64,000 nt of DNA. Source: Camelus ferus. Taxonomy: Eukaryota. The notes below the pieces were generated by a model that saw only the letters and a program-made list of their open reading frames with translations, did not search any database and had not been told where the DNA came from. Positions 1 through 13,747 of this stretch are shown here, piece after piece (position 1 is the first letter of the stretch; each line of letters starts with the position of its first letter). Position numbers and translations under genes: made by a program. The stretch lies in NCBI RefSeq assembly GCF_009834535.1, contig NC_045696.1:81470001-81534000 (forward strand), given 5' to 3'.

Positions 1-250
1 TTCTTCCTCTAGAAGGTTCAAATCAATGCAATGCGATGAAGCCAGTATTTGTTACCCACCTCTGTTCACTAGACCAGTTCTGACACCTTGGGAAAGAACC
101 ACTCCCCTCCTCAGCTCCACGTCTAGAAAATGGAATAACAGAACTGCCTCTTTCCAGCTATGTAAGTTAAAATGACCTCTTCGGCCAAAAAAAAAAAAAA
201 CAAAAAACAACTAGTGAAGTATAAAGCCAATATGTCTAAAACTTTCCTAG

Positions 251-391
<141 letters not shown>

Positions 392-574
392 TGATAGCAC
401 GTCTGTGCTCCAGGTTAAAGTGCTTTGTGTGTGAAAAACATTTGAGATTGACTTATGAAGTAAAGCCAGAGGAATAGCATATAAGGAGAAATGCAAAGAA
501 AAAGAGAATTCATTTTGGGGGTTTAAATACTGAACAGCAGCCAGTAAATTGTGCCTGTTAACGCAGAGAAGCAG

Positions 575-690
575 TGTAGTATAATGGTAGACCACAGGCT
601 CTGCGATCAGCTCCAACCAGGTTCTGACGCTGGCTCTGCCACTTGGCTCCCTGTGTGACCTTGGGCAAGTGCCTAGACCTTTCCAGTCCA
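575..690 (+). mobile_element. MIR SINE fragment
   Basis: MIR core-like text: ggctctgccact...ctgtgtgaccttgggcaagt. Confidence 0.65.
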
Positions 691-976
691 GCACTGGCAT
701 CTGCTGCTTTACAGGGGGTCATGCATCCTGTCTAGCAATCTTGGTATAAGTAGAAGCTAAGGTCACTGGATCCTTGCTTTGCCTCTTTCACAGGAAAAGA
801 GTGAATAAGAGTCATAGAAAATCCTAATCCAGAGGATTTCCTATAGCTCAAAAGATTTAAGGATGACTCAGGCTACAATAAATTTGTCTATGAGTAGAAT
901 AACTTGTACATAATTCAACATAAAGACATCAGGAAGAGAGCAATGTCACCTCTGAACTCCATGACAATCTACTTAG

Positions 977-1309
<333 letters not shown>

Positions 1310-1339
1310 TAATTGGACCTCTGTTTATTCTCTATGCAG

Positions 1340-1540
1340 GACTTCTGTGGACCTTATGTGTTTTTCCTCTTTGCTGGAGTGGTCCTGGCCTTTACTCTGT
1401 TCACATTTTTCAAAGTCCCAGAAACCAAAGGAAAGTCCTTTGAGGAGATTGCAGCAGAATTCCGAAAGAAGAGTGGTTCAACCCAAGCGCCAAAAGCTGC
1501 TGTAGAAATGGAATTCCTTGGAGCAACAGAGACTGTGTAA
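1340..1540 (+). CDS. SLC2A2: GLUT2 final coding exon (DFCGPYVF...[12 protein letters not shown]...FLGATETV*)
   Basis: Follows an 87-bp GT-AG intron (1253-1339). Contains the PETKG motif and the GLUT2-type C-terminus GATETV, ending in TAA. Confidence 0.97.
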   Translation, partial: DFCGPYVFFLFAGVVLAFTLFTFFKVPETKGKSFEEIAAEFRKKSGSTQAPKAAVEMEFLGATETV

Positions 1541-3590
1541 AGATAACCCACTTTTTGGCATGAACAGAAACAGGAACGAAGCAGTGTTTTTTAAATGACA
1601 ATTTTTTGAGAATGTTTGAGAATTTTATATTACATCTTGAAGTACTCTTTTATTTTTTTAAAGAGATTTTATAAGCTCTGATCAGAAATGTCATCAAATA
1701 TTACAAACAAAATATTTTTTTTAACTTAGAGAATCTATTTTGGATGGTAAGATTCAGTAATTGCATAAACCCAGAAGTCTAGCTCATTTTGTTACACTAC
1801 ATGGCAAGTACAGTGTAAAGTTCTTAACCCTGTCCTTTATAACAAAGGTCTCCTGAAATTGAAGCAGTTTCATTGCATTATGTTATTGCTTCATTAAGCA
1901 CAAAACTAGAAACCTGAAGACACAACCAATATTTGCATATTTAAATATGAGTGAGTTGGAATTTTCTTATCCATTGACCTCATACTAAAGGAGATATGAC
2001 TAGTGGCAGTAAGGTCCATGTTAAAATTGGTAACTTTTTATTTCTCCCCCTCAGCATTTTTCTTGTGCATTAGAATTTGTATTATGCTTATAATTTTATT
2101 TTTTCATGGGGAATGGTTTATTAAGCATATTAAAATATGTTTATAAAGAAAACTTTTATTTTGGGTAAGCTTCCCAAAAATCTTTCAATACTTAGGGAAA
2201 AAAAAAATTTTTTTTTTTGTTATTTTGATGACCAAATTGTTTTTGTAGGATTAAGCACTAAAAGGTTTTACTTGGTCATTTAGCACTGGTTATCAGTTAA
2301 TATTAACATTGATTATAAACCCGTTACTCCTAGCTGGTTCAATCCTTTGAGCCAAATTTTGTTTTGCTTTTCAATTGAGCACAGCCTGGTGTTCTGAGTT
2401 GTGTTATAAAATACAATCAAACAGTGATAATTCTAGCATTTTGTATATCTCCTCAAGCCCCAAATAAGATAGAGCAGTCTAACTTAGAAAATTGGAAGTA
2501 AAAAATCACTGTTTGTTAAGAAAAAATATTTTCTAAATTATTATGTTTTAAAATAAGTTGGAAAGGTAGGGTTGGAGGATCCTGAGGGCGGGCTCCTGAA
2601 AATTCATGAATGTTCAGTTTCAGACTGGATCAAAATCCCTATTTAATTTTCCTGGAAAGACTGAGTTTCCCAGCACAAAACAGTCGTCCCCTTTGACGTT
2701 TCCTTTTTTGCCTTAGCAGTATATGGATGCTAAATTAGCTGCTCTATTGCGATTGCTAACATTTCTTGTATACTACCTGTGTGCCAGGCACTGGTATAAG
2801 TGCTTTTACCTATGTAGGCAAATTGAAATACACAGATGATTAAACAGACTTTCACTTAGTTAGTTTTGCAACTATGGACATACAGTTCTGATAGACACCA
2901 AAGACTTAACAGTGAGCTAAACTATCTCCATGCTGTTTTCCTCACAAAGTGGAGCACTGAATCAGTTCTTTTTATGTTTGCTTTAATGTGCATAAAAGAA
3001 AGGCACTTTAAAAAAACTACTTTTTAAGAGTGGAGGGAAAAACACTGAACACTGGAGGGGGGCCTTTTTCTTTTAGTCCTTTTTTTGGAGGTGCAAAATT
3101 ATTTACTTTTATGCAATTTGGCGTTCCACACAACATGAAATTATTGGGGGAAAACACTGAACATTGGGGGGGCCTTTTTCTTTTAGTACTTTTTTTGGGG
3201 GTGCAAAATTATTTGCCTTTATGCAATTTGGCGTCCCACACAACATGAAATTATTTCTTTTCACTTTGATTGATTTTTGTTTCCTCTGGGCCAATTTGAG
3301 ATAAACTATTTTCACTTAGGACTTCAGGACACAAATAAGCTAAATAGCTCAGTCGACCTTTTTGCTAAACTTTGAACTCTGAAAAAATGTAGGGACTCCG
3401 AATAGGGCAGGAGCAGGAAAAAAAATGGCTCATCTTGCGGCTCCTGTCTTCTTCAGGATGCTCATGGCCTTGGAGAAGCCCAAAGTTGCACTGATAAAGA
3501 AATGTAGCATTTTTACAGGCAATGAATGTGATTTATTCAAATCACTATTCCTGACCTCCTTTAGAATAAAGTAGTAAAGATTTAAATAAA
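1541..3590 (+). other. SLC2A2: SLC2A2 3' UTR (3' end uncertain)
   Basis: AU-rich sequence after the stop. The first canonical AATAAA hexamers I saw are at 3565-3570 and 3585-3590. An ATTAAA at 2129 is an alternative. Confidence 0.5.
3035..3255. repeat. Tandem duplication, 2 x 110 bp
   Basis: ggcctttttcttttagt occurs at 3061 and 3171, and cacacaacatgaaattatt occurs twice with the same 110-bp period. The copies differ by a few substitutions. Confidence 0.95.
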
Positions 3591-4334
3591 GAACCCAAAG
3601 ACTCCTTTTAAATTCTCATTAATCTGACACATCTGCTAATACCAGAAATTCAGACCCTGAAGTTTTCTGCCTCAGAGAAATGTAAGTTGCATACATTGTT
3701 TCCTTTCTATAGTTTTTTCCTTGCAGAGGTACAAGTGAGTTTAAAGAAACACTAAGATGAAATAAGAGTTCAATTTAAAAAAAAAGAAATTGGAAAGAAT
3801 ACTCTCAGCTAATACTGATAGAAAAAAAGATGAAATAAGAAGCTGTGAAAACTTTATACTAAGACAAAGGAACTAGCTCAACATGATAAAAACTCCTAGG
3901 TCTTCAACTATATACATCATAATACATAATAATAGCAGCACTAATTAGACTTAATCCCAGGGAAATTAGATGTGAGTTTGAACACTTGATTTTCATAGTA
4001 TGCTGTCATTTTTTGCAGCAGTATTTTCACACTCTAACATCCTTACAAATGTGAGTTTTCTCTTCACTTGCTTGAAGCATGATCACACTTCTTGGTCTGG
4101 CCACTCAACCGCCGCGTCTAGTGTTGCCCGCTGTCATGAAACTAGTGCAAGGATCTCACCTCACTGCCTCCTCCCGACTCTCCTCCACATGACCGGCACT
4201 GCGATGTGCGCTGAGACACAGTTAGAGAATGCCCCTCCTCAAAGAGCTCAGTCTATGGAGGATTCCAGGAAGACCAGGGAATAAATGTCCCCATCTCTGT
4301 CTTTTGCCTTCCATGAAACTCAATTTGGAGGCCT

Positions 4335-4445
4335 CTCTTGTAAAATAGGTTCAATAATATGTCTACCTCAAAGAGTTGTGAGGATGAAATGTAAAGTGTT
4401 AAGCAGAGTGCCTGATACAAAGAGGGTGCTCAGTAAATGTTACCT
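4335..4445 (+). mobile_element. MIR 3' fragment
   Basis: tgtaaaatagg...ctacctca...gttgtgaggatgaaat...gctcagtaaatgtta resembles the MIR tail. Confidence 0.6.
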
Positions 4446-6779
4446 AGAATAAGAATTCATGAAGCTACTGTAAGGATACAGGATTATCATATGTAAAATA
4501 GTTCCAAATTTTTGTTTTAAATTAAAAAAAAAGTTATATAAATTCAATACAATATTTTCTTCACTTCAAGCAACAATTTCACAATGACAAGGGAATGGTA
4601 AGAATTAGGGGAGATATTAGGCCATTTAATTCTTAAGCCCACACTTGATATTTCTAAGTAGGTTATAGGAGTTTTTATTATATTTTTTAAATTTGCTTTT
4701 GCCTAAGTTATTTTTTGAGGTCTATATGTAATATTGTTTCTTTGGATAATACCGAGTACAAAATAATATGCTATATATCATAGTTAAATGTAGCTTAACA
4801 GGATTATAGTCACAGGACAAGACCAAACCTTCTTGATAATCCTCAAAAATTGCACAAGTGTATACATCAGTGTACACGCATAAGCTACTTCTTCTTGCTA
4901 GCTTATTGTTGCATATGTAGCAAATAAAGCAACATTAGGCAATATTTTGTGCTTACCATGTTCTAAACAGAGGTGCTGAGTAAAGCGTAAAAAAAAATGC
5001 AATTTTTCATTACAATTCTATATTAGTGACCTGAGGAGAAGACGTTTATTGCCAACCACGCTGAACCATCTGCTGGTGTTTTTACTGCTTTCTAGTTTGA
5101 TGCATGTTAGAAAGAATCATCATGAAACTGATTTTAGTTAAGAGTATACATACACTATAGTTTTATGTTAATAAATATGTGTCCAAATGCTTAATGTTGT
5201 TTTATTTTGCAAAGAAAATAACCACATTTAAGAAGATTGGTATTGGTTTACTGTATGTACTTGTTTCCTTCTCACAGCATTTTTCCTATTCTCACTTTAA
5301 ATAAATTGCAACAGTCAAAATGTTTAGCATCTTTTTTTTTTCTGGGCTGAGTTAGCATTTATGATAATTAGTACACAATTGATGAAAAACATTTATATTA
5401 CAAATTTTGGTAAAATTATTCATTTTAAAGGTAGTTATTTTAGAAATTCATCTTAATGAGGAGTATGGGGGGTTTTCAAGTAATTTAAATATTAATGGAT
5501 AGTTATTTCTTATTGCTAATGTGAAACAGTGTTCAGCATAAACTATAAATATTTTTTGTTATTATAGATGTATTGAAGATCTCGTTTTCATAAACAAGGA
5601 GATAGAAATAGAAGGACTGATGTCATTCAATTCCATAACTATTTCTAAGTTATAGCCAAAAGCACATAAAAATTAATCTTCAAAGTAACTTTTAGCAAAC
5701 TACCAGCTAATAACTCAGTTGGGCCCCTTCATTTTGTTGAAATGAAAGAAGCTGTATTGTGAAGCTGTATCTGTTACCCAGTTGTTACAATTATTCTCTC
5801 CCTTAGTTTCTGGGCAGCATAACCAAAAAGGCTTTACCAAGACTTAATAAAAAGATCATTAATTATATTTTTGAATCTTTCACTTAGAGGCAATTTGCTT
5901 AACCTGATATACTCAGAAAGGGTTGGGAGAATTTAAATATTATTAATTTTATGCATTTTCACATGTATATAATAAAATTCTATTTTTATCACATGCTCTT
6001 TCTTTACAACAAACCTCTGATGAGAACTCAGATATAGCTTGTTAGCTTGTTGAACTCGTGGAAAATATCTGTCATAACCTAATGAGCAAATACAGTCCTC
6101 AATGTAAAATTTATTTCCTAAATCAGACCTACTTTCTATCTGACTTCATTTTTCACTTCCAGTGAGAACCTTACCACTTCCTGTGACAGCAACCTCACGT
6201 CTGAATTCCAGTGCTTCCACGGGCAAACGTGGATGACACACGGGGACTTGCCGTAAGTCTGTCTCCTGCATTTTTTACAGATGCTTTGTTTTCATGACTT
6301 TTACTGGCTTTTCCCTCAGGAGCAAATGCACTTTGAAAATAATTGGGTAAGGTCTGCTAAACTAAAGTGGTCATTATCCTGTGCCACAATGTCTGAATTC
6401 AAAATATCCTAACTTGGGCCAAAATACACTATTTCTTATGCCACCTTAATTGAAGTAAGCGTCACAGATAAAATTATTTGCAAATATCACAGATAAAATT
6501 GTTTGGGACCACTAAAGGTTTAATGCTCTGGGGCAATGCACTATGGCGAGAGCTGGGATCCAAGGAGGATTATACCAGTCTTGTAAAGTAGGAGAAGGAC
6601 CACCAGGAAAGAGGTGTTGGAAAAAGAACTGGCCTGATGCCCAGTCGCAGCCACATTACTGAACATGGCAGCATACATTTTTGTCCACGAATAAGAGGTA
6701 ACATGCCCAACTCTGAAAACTGTTATTATAAGTTATTCACAGACTAAATTTTGGTGGTAGGGAGGAGAGAGGAAGAAAT

Positions 6780-7300
6780 GAAAGTTAGAGGATCTACCCA
6801 GAAGATCCAGCATCCAAACAATGGGAGCCCAAAAGAGAAAAAAGAAAAAATCATAACAGAAGGAAGGAAATTACCAAAGACAAATCATACTGGAATTTTG
6901 CTAAGCTGAAGAACAAGACTTGAGATTGAAAGTCCATTGTGTGCCAAACACAAACAAACAAACAGAACCCAAAATTTCATCATGAAATTTCAGAACACCA
7001 GAAATTAAAAATACATATAAAATCATCTAGAAAGGAAAGACAGGGTACGTACAAAGAAACAGGATTCATATCAGCATGTATTATCCAAATGTAACTGTGG
7101 AAGCTAAAAGGCTGTGGAGCAATACCTACCAAGTTCTGAAGGAAAATGATTTTCGGCCTAGAATTTTGTCCCCTAGACATATCATCAATTGAGTGTAAAA
7201 GTAGAATTATTTCTATTTCCAGGCATGTAAGACTCAAAAATGTATCTTTGGCACCTTTTCTCATGAAACAAGTGGAATATGTAATCTGCCAAAAAAAAAA
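6780..7300 (+). mobile_element. Ancient L1 (L1M-type) ORF1-region fragment
   Basis: A-rich. Contains ttctgaaggaaaatgattttcggcctagaatttt, typical of the degenerate L1 ORF1 3' part. Confidence 0.55.
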
Positions 7301-7874
7301 AAAAAAAAAAAAAAGAGAGAGAGAGAACAGAGAGAGAGGACAATATGGGATTCAGCAAAAAGGGAGAATGAAAGGCAAGTCTCAGGGCAGGGGCATAGAT
7401 GATGGCGAGCACCAGGGCCTAGAAAGCAAACAATTCAGATTGAAACAAGGAACAGAGGGTTCCAGGGGAAAACAAAACTGAAAGATTCTCTGATGTGTTT
7501 GGCCATTTGAAAAAGAATTTGGAACACTTAGGAAGAAATAGTGACAAACACATAAAAAACTAAACAAATGCAAACAGGAGGTAATTGTGAATTCCCAGGG
7601 AGAGAGCGAGACAGGGAGTGGCACAGAAAGGAAAAGTCCCAGTACTCTACTTGGCTCGACGGCAAAGAGTATTTACATGATCATGTAAAACACAGGCTAT
7701 TGTTACAATTCATGTTTTCAAATAAAATTTATAATAGTACTACATTATGAGATATGTGGAGAGGAAAGGTGAGACAGTGTGAGAAAAAAGAGCTCAGTTA
7801 CTATTTATCATAATTAGCTGTCAACACATGACAACCCAAATCTATCAAGGAAAAAACATCCATATAAGCCTAGG

Positions 7875-8355
7875 TGCGGGTGATCTTCCCTGTGCTCCTG
7901 CAGATCAATTTTCACCCTTTCCACCCTGCTTTGTGGCTCAGAAGGCTGATCTCTTCTGACTGTATCTTCTGGGCTCCCAGTCTTTGGCTTTTAGTTGGGT
8001 TTGCTTAATGGGCTGCCCTGGTGGGAAATGCCAGAAAGAGAGCTATTGTCTCCTTCAGCTTCCACCCTTGGCTGGGCAGTGACCGCCTTCCTCCACCTAA
8101 GGCCACAGCTCCTGTACAGCTACAGTTCTCACTGGGAGCGGGGAACGGCTCCCCCAAATCTTGCCTCTTTTAATCCTAGAGTTGGGAATGGCATCTTAGT
8201 ACCGTTAGTCCCACTACCACCAGTCCCAGGTGTCTTACCATCCCTTGCTTTTTCCTTAACTTGGCCTGCCCTCTGTAGATCCTTTTTTCATTAAACTTTG
8301 TTAACCATCCCTTTTCAGTAGGCTGTCTGTTTCTGCTGGGACCCTGAACAATACA
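7875..8355 (+). mobile_element. Solo LTR, LTR33-like (ERVL)
   Basis: TG...CA ends, attaaa signal, and the terminus tttctgctgggaccctgaacaataca. Confidence 0.6.
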
Positions 8356-9490
8356 GCATACAAATCAGAACATGGAACTTAAAACTTTAAAAAATAGCTA
8401 AACATTTTTCAAGTGTTCACCTATAAGGAGACACATGGTTAAAGAGGAATGGGGCAGGAAACCATTGTGATGGGTTTTTTAAAAAAATATATTTAATATA
8501 AGCCTTGTACTATTATTTGACCTTTAAATTATAAACATGCATTATTGTCTAAAAATTTAAAAATAATTATCAAATAAAAAGAAATATTTAATTTAAAATA
8601 TTAAATCAACTGAAAAAATGCTATGTAGCACAAAAATGGATGAGATTATATGTACACAATATATTTCAGATCGATGACAGAGATTGAGAGAGTAAAGAGG
8701 GGTAGGAAGGGAGGGAGAAAGGGGAAGAGAGAAGAAGAAAGAGAGGAAAAGAGAAGAATGTACAGAAGGTAGTGGTTATTGGAAGGGGATAGGATTTCAG
8801 TTAGTGTGTGTTTGTGTTTGTGTGTGTGAGTGTGGTCCAGATTTTCTTCACTGTGCATGTTTATTATGTATATGCTAGGCCAAAAAATGTGGGAGAAATT
8901 AATCTTCTTTCAGAAATAGATAGTGAGAAAAAGAAGGAGAAATGGGTCTGCAGTTTAGAACAATTCAGGACTTACAAAGGGGGAATATGTGAATGTGTTT
9001 GTAGACTGAGGGAAAGGAGAAATAGAGAAGGAATTTTAAGATAAGTGAGAAGGATAAGTGAAGCATGGGGAAATCTGGTATAAAAATCACAGGTAGGCAT
9101 AAAGGTAGGAGAAAGGTGAAAAAAGATATGAAGACATTTTGAGGCAAAAAGTTAAAAAGTTGAGATTTCTTGTATCAGATCGACAGATCTTTTTCCGCAG
9201 AGAAAGTAGTAGGTGAGCTACTACGGAGCGGGAATGCTAGAGATCACTGATTCCTGAGCCAACTCCTATAAAGCAACTGCACCCTAATGTTGATTATCGA
9301 GTCCAGCTGAGTCATCTTGGGCTGATCACATAATCCTCTAAAGTTTCAATCATTCGCTTTTATGTAAAATGAAAATAAAGATAGCATGGATTCTGTTTAA
9401 ATTATAGGCTTTTTTACAAGATACAAATAATAACTGTTTAAAAAATTTACTGAAATATGCCATGAAACACACAAATAATTTAATGAAGTG

Positions 9491-9859
9491 TGTATTTGTC
9501 TGTTTAGACTGCCATAACAAAATACGACTGGGTGACTTAGATGACAGATTTTATTTCTCACAGTTCTAGAGGCTAAGAAGACAAAATTAAGGTGACAGCA
9601 GATTTGGTTCCTAGTGAGAGCTCTCTTCCAGGCATACAGATGCTTACCTTCTTGCTGTGTCATCACAAGGCAAGAGAGGGTCCTAGTATTTCTTCCTCTT
9701 TTTATAAGAACACCAGCTCTATCAAATTAGAGGCTTACCCTTATGACTTCATTTAACCTTTATCCTCTCCTCACAGGCCCTATCTCCACGTATAGCCACT
9801 TTGGGGGTTAGGGTTTCAACATATGAATTTGGAGGGACACAAACATTCAGTCCACAACA
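9491..9859 (-). mobile_element. MaLR solo LTR (MLT1-like)
   Basis: ctgccataacaaaatac...tttatttctcacagttctagaggct...acattcagtccacaaca, with TG...CA ends. Confidence 0.8.
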
Positions 9860-10170
9860 AATAGTGAAGAACTTTTTCCTCTAGCAGAGAAAAAGAGAAG
9901 ACATACTGAGGGAGGGGTGACGATGGAAAGAGGACCAAACTGCCTTGAAAGAATTAACATGTTTCAATATTATTCTATTATTGAAGAATGAAAACGTAGC
10001 CCATTTTTGTTTTCTTTTGCTGGTGTAGCCATTAATCACACTTAAAAACTTTCCCAAAGTACCTACTTGTTAATTTCTTAAAGGACTTTACTCTCTTGGG
10101 AAAGAAAAAAATAGGACATTTTGGAAAAGGAAAAAATTGGAGGCAATATGGATGGCCCAATATTGGAATT

Positions 10171-10332
10171 TAGGGTTGGCAGATAAAATACAGGATACTC
10201 AGTTAAATTTGAATTTTGGAATCTCATGCACTATTTGGAACATACATATCCTAAAAAATTATTCATTGCTTATTTGAAATTCAGATTTAACTAGGTAGCC
10301 TGTATTTTAATTTGCTAAATCTGGCAATACTA
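10171..10332. mobile_element. MER53-like palindromic hAT MITE
   Basis: tagggttggcagataaaatacagg...agttaaatttgaattt is paired with aaattcagatttaact...cctgtatttt...tctggcaatacta (long imperfect inverted repeats). Confidence 0.8.
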
Positions 10333-10891
10333 AAAATTTTATAATCATAAAATTGTGGCATGGTATAAATACATAGATTGGCAAAAACAGAATTAAAAAC
10401 TCAGAAACAGTCACAACTATATAAAAATAATAAATATTTGATAAAACAAGGATTTCAAACAAAGGGAAGGGGTGTGTGAGTGTGTGTGTGTGTATAAAAC
10501 GTAATAGATATTACTGAACATATGCTTGCCAGTTAGAAAAAATTAAGTTAGATGTACTTCACACTAACCAAAACAATTAGTTGCAAATAGAGAAAAGTGC
10601 TAAATTTAGGAAACAAGTAGAAGTGCCAAAAGAAAATGTTAATGAATATTTACCTAACCTAGGATGTAAAAGATCTTCCTAAATAAAAGCCAAAAAAAAA
10701 AATAGTAAAGAAAAAGAAGCAATAACTTTTCCTACCTAGGAATTAAACACTTGCGTATGCTTTTAAAAATAAATAAGGAGGCCGGCGGGGAGGCGCCTAT
10801 GCGCAGTAACGGCAGCGCGGTGAGTGGGACCGAGCTGACGGCTGCCGCCGCCCACCCTCCCCGCCGGCTCGGTCCTGCGCGCCTGCGGGTC

Positions 10892-10940
10892 GCCCCCGCC
10901 CCGGCCCCGGCCCCGGCCCCGGCCCGGCCCCGGCCCCGCC
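10892..10940. repeat. Imperfect (GGCCCC)n / (GGGGCC)n hexamer run in the retrocopy 5' UTR
   Basis: gcccccgccccggccccggccccggccccggcccggccccggccccgcc read directly. Confidence 0.9.
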
Positions 10941-10963
10941 TCCGCAGCAGATTTCAACACTAA

Positions 10964-12897
<1,934 letters not shown>

Positions 12898-13195
12898 TGA
12901 CGCCCGCGCCGCAGGCGCCGTGTGCGGTTGTCGCCTCACCTTCCGGGCGTCCCCGGGGGATGAGAGCAGACCTGTGCCTCCGTAATTTGGTCATTTGGCA
13001 GCCCCTGTTTTTCTGCTGTTTACAACATCACCAGTGCCACGTCCCTAGCGTTAGAGAAAATGCCTAAAGATATTTCAAGCTCATGTCATTATGACATTTC
13101 TTAAAACTTTATTAAAAAAGAACGAGTGAAGTATTGCTGAAATGTGGAAATTTGGTTGGGTACCATGCTTTTTCTCGCCTTCACGTTTGCAGTTG

Positions 13196-13196
<1 letters not shown>

Positions 13197-13228
<32 letters not shown>
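13197..13228. repeat. (TG)16 microsatellite in the retrocopy 3' UTR
   Basis: Read directly. Confidence 0.95.
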
Positions 13229-13231
<3 letters not shown>

Positions 13232-13357
13232 AATGTATCTTAAAGGACATACGATAAAAACTTAAATATTGTAATATGACAGATAATCTAATAATTGTAT
13301 CTACATTAAAATGACAAACATGATATTGCTGCTTGTCAAATAAAGAAATAGAACGCC

Positions 13358-13359
13358 AA

Positions 13360-13418
<59 letters not shown>
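13358..13418. repeat. (AAAT)n microsatellite occupying the retrocopy poly(A) tail position
   Basis: About 15 AAAT units between the poly(A) signal and the 3' TSD. Confidence 0.95.
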
Positions 13419-13535
13419 GAAAGTGAGGGGAAATTGGCAACATATACAACAAAGGCCAAATATTCTTAATGCCAAAAAATGAGATGCCATTTTTTCCTGT
13501 CTATTTGGCTAAGCTATTAAAAATGGTACTACTGA

Positions 13536-13747
13536 CAGTACTGACAGAGACAAGTTATCATATTTAAAGTAGATAATGAGGACCTATTGTGCAGCACGGG
13601 GAACTATATTCAATTTCTTGTAACAACATATAATGTAAAAGCATCTGAAAAGAAAAAAAATATATATATGTACAACTGAATTACTTGGCTGTACACCTGA
13701 AACTAACTCACATTGTAAATCAACACTTTAATAAAAGAATTTTTTTT
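13536..13747 (+). mobile_element. 5'-truncated L1 3' end with TSD
   Basis: gcacggggaactatattcaa...gctgtacacctgaaactaac...ttgtaaatcaac, flanked by aaatggta(c/t)tactga at 13521 and 13748. Confidence 0.85.

Noticed and set aside
2158..2218. Small palindromes (ttggg-taagctt-cccaa; A10 followed by T11)
   Set aside because: Low-complexity sequence, expected by chance in an AU-rich UTR.
6462..6505. Short direct repeat tcacagataaaatt(a/g)tttg, twice
   Set aside because: Local slippage duplication with only two copies. Not a CRISPR-like or functional array.
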